A stretch of 64,000 bases of DNA from Eledone cirrhosa. Its lineage: Eukaryota. The stretch's first letter is position 1; each line of letters begins with the position of its first letter. Location: contig OZ024745.1 in NCBI GenBank assembly GCA_964016885.1, forward strand, positions 47,988,001-48,052,000, written 5' to 3'. Below the pieces are notes generated by a model. That model saw only the letters and a program-made list of their open reading frames with translations, had not been told where the DNA came from and did no database searches. The translations under genes and the position numbers were made by a program. Of the stretch, positions 62,204 through 64,000 are shown in pieces.

Positions 62204-64000
62204 ATAGATATATACACAGACACACACAAACATACATATGTATTTCTGTCTCCATGCATTTTCATATGGATCCCATTTAAAGCAAGCAGTGATGTTTATT
62301 TATATCCCACAGTTAAGAAGTTAGGCGAAGTGATATACCATACTTAAAAAAGAGTTGGCAACAGGAAGGCTATCCAACTATACTAAAAAAAAATGCCTCA
62401 ATAAAGTCTTGTTCAAACCAATGCTAGCATAGAAAAGTGAATATAATGGTGTTGATTGCCATTTCCAGTACCATAAGTGTGTAAAAGATTATTTTGTTTG
62501 GACACTACAACATTGAATGTCTCAGTGTAGAGGAAGCCAAACTATTTATTCCACTTAAATATGAAAGCATCACAGTCATAACACTAAGCTGCCTTCTCAG
62601 TTATTACTTTTTGTTTTCCATACTAGCAAAGTGAGAGTAGATTTTGCAATTATGGATATTTTTATAATTTGTTTTCTTCTTCGCCCACTTATTCCTGAGG
62701 GTCATGGAGGCAGTCCTCAAACACTCCTTCCAGTGGGTCTTGTCAGAAGCAACCGTCTAACTGATCCAACTGGATCCCCAAGTGAGAACAGCCGAGCTCA
62801 TGGATGTTATCCAACCACCTTACTTGGGGTCCACCCATGGCTCTCCTGCCAGTTAGTTTTGCCCATAAAATCTGTCTAACGATTCTTCCCCCCACCCCCA
62901 CCCCCCAGACATTCTAACCACATGTCCATATTATCAGAGCTGTGATCTCTCACATCGGAAAAGTAGCGGCTTTACTTGGAGTGACTATCTGATCTCCTTG
63001 CAACCTTAATACCAAACCAGTTAAAACTGGTCCTAGTTCACCAATATAAAACTGCATGTTTTAAAGTGTTTATCATTATCATCATTCAATGTTTGTTTTC
63101 CTGCTAGTAAGGGTCATTACAGACTGAGTCTGTGCTCAAGCAGAGCTACTGAGCTCTCAGCTGTGTTGGGGCTGCATCTTGCTTCTTACATTCCAACATT
63201 CTACTGAGTGCTCAGGCAGACTAGGAGCTTGCATATTATCATGGCATGTGCACTAGGGAGGTTGTCATGTTCTTGACATAACTGGATGCCCTTCCTATCC
63301 TCAACAAATTTACACAGCATACTAGGGGCATTCATCACGTAGATCACCAACATAATGCGAAAACTATTAAGTTGTGCTATTAAATCCCTCCAATTTCTTT
63401 TTATTATTTCCAAAATTAGAGGCAATCTATTTCATTATAAATAAGGTAACGAAAAGGTTAATTCTATGTCCTGTACTGCAAGAAATGTACAAAATGATGC
63501 TATGCCTTGGATCACATTGGTAAACGAAGTCCTTACCATAATATTGTCAATTTTCCAAACCATCTGTCTACTAGTAAAGATACTATGGTAATTCTTTTAT
63601 TAATACAGGTCACTGATGCTATAAACATTTGAATTAACAAACCCGTTTTTTTAGATACTTTCTGCTAAATCATTACAGGATTATCATCATCGTCGTTTTT
63701 ATATTCACTTTTCCATGCTGTTATGATCTGGACGGTATGTTTTGAGACAATATTTTACAAACAAATGCCCTTTGTGACGTCTACCTTTTCAGTTGCTTTT
63801 TATAACATGCAGGAATACCCTACACTTGAAATAAAAACTGGGATACACACAGCAATGTTACGAATAGCTGAATGTTCTTTTTAAAATTAAACATTTAGTT
63901 ATGTAACCCATGCCCCAGTGTGGTAAATGAAGCAAATAAAGTAATGTGCCATAGACAAACAGCAACAGCAAACCTGCAGAGTTGTTAGGGCCTGAGGCAG

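Overview
This is AT-rich, repeat-dense metazoan genomic DNA. The SINE and RTE-tail families resemble those of octopod cephalopods, which is an inference. Three host genes are supported. (1) The first coding exon of a calcium-binding mitochondrial carrier (SCaMC/SLC25A24-25 type) lies on the minus strand at 5690-5863; no further exon was recognised, so the gene probably continues beyond the left edge. (2) An intact, intronless 458-aa 'mini-eIF4G' (+, 18076-19452) keeps the eIF4E-binding motifs and one MIF4G domain. It lacks the PABP-binding N-terminus, MA3 and W2, and has substitutions at eIF4A-contact positions; this is the most interesting feature in the window. (3) A complete importin-alpha of the alpha1 clade (KPNA1/5/6-like) has 13 coding exons and 530 aa (-, 23124-47479) and lies tail-to-tail with the eIF4G-like gene. 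The rest is layered transposon debris that can be partly reconstructed: CR1, RTE-BovB and Rex3-like LINEs (one with a twin-priming 5' inversion), several CRE-type RLE retroelements (two split by solo LTRs whose removal restores the host frame), a head-to-tail tRNA-SINE array, a Merlin-like MITE inside a SINE, piggyBac-like, mariner, pogo and Helitron-like relics, long hairpins, and Penelope-type minimal hammerhead motifs. All family assignments come from motif recognition, not database searches.
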